From contig NW_003314365.1 in the NCBI RefSeq assembly GCF_000143415.4, positions 385,181 through 449,180 on the forward strand: a stretch of 64,000 nt of DNA. The letters run 5' to 3'. This DNA comes from Selaginella moellendorffii (taxonomy: Eukaryota > Plantae > Lycopodiophyta). Shown one piece after another: positions 63,301-64,000 of the stretch. Both the position numbers and the translations under genes were made by a program. The first letter of the stretch is position 1; each line of letters starts with the position of its first letter. The notes below the pieces were generated by a model, which made no database searches, was not told the origin of the DNA, and saw only the letters and a program-made list of their open reading frames with translations.

Positions 63301-64000
63301 TGGGTGGCACAGATTCAAGGTTTAAAATGCTGTCATTATAGCAATCTACAAATGGGCGTCTAGCCCTTCAAGCAACTCTTGCCACTATGTCAGAGCTTTC
63401 ATTCCCCCCTCTTTCCGCCCCTTCCATGTACCAGTCCTAAGGTTTGGGCCACTAAATTGTATCAGATCGTACTTGAAAACATAGAACTATTGATAATTAA
63501 TATGACTGTCTTGCATACTCTTTGATCTTGCACTCACTAAAGTCAGTAGCTTTTTCCAACTTTCTAGCCGAAAAAGGAAGGTAGGGGAAGAGGAAAAAGA
63601 CAAATCAAATAGAGGATACATGAGACTGTGGAATTGTTACATTTGCTTTTTGTTGCTGACCAAAATCCTCCCTTATCCTTCTCCACTGATGGGTTCCCTC
63701 TCGAGCGATCTTATGAACCACCACAAGACTGACAAAAAGTCTAAGCCCTGCTCTAGGAAGTGTATGGTAAATCTGGCACATAAAGAACGGCACTATGTTT
63801 TAGATTTAACCTGCAATGACACGAATAGCCTCAATCTAGTACTGTTCAGTTATTCATGAATGCTTTGTCTCAGCTCCAGTTAACGACTCGTACTACCAAA
63901 CTGGTCGAAAAACGAATGATGGATTTGATAGTTGTGTTCATCCTGTTGATACTGCTGCTCCCTGTTTTATAAATATTATGGTGAGAAAAGAACTAAAATA

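Overview
Repeat-dense land-plant genomic DNA (TTTAGGG tracts, chromoviruses, Cassandra, ~50-bp GT-AG introns; a lycophyte such as Selaginella is my inference only). The highlight is 304-21477, which holds two copies of an unusual cut-and-paste DNA transposon in opposite orientation. Copy 1 (304-13438) is complete, with 24-bp TIRs and an AGTT target-site duplication. Copy 2 (13445-21477) is inverted and truncated. The element has two divergent genes. Gene A is a ~1020-aa Sola-like DDD transposase with two En/Spm-type N-terminal repeats, disrupted in both copies. Gene B is an 11-exon, ~1640-aa model joining a ParB/DGQHR-like domain, a probably inactive amino-methyltransferase-like fold, an acidic linker and an FCP1/NIF-type HAD phosphatase. 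About 20 copies of a 22-bp palindrome (ATGGCRTG-N6-CAYGCCAT) are spread through the element, including in five of the gene B/gene A introns; I saw none in the other 42 kb. Together these suggest a transposon-encoded ParB/parS-like or VANC-like self-recognition system. This is a hypothesis from motifs read by eye. 21.5-37.7 kb is a nest of Ty3/gypsy LTR elements, including a three-LTR Cassandra (5S-bearing TRIM). 37.8-64 kb contains decayed gene fragments (RPA1, BIG ARF-GEF, Kelch, ARF-GAP/C2), a Helitron 3' end, a solo LTR, an inverted repeat that appears to have flipped half of the Kelch gene, and an assembly gap.
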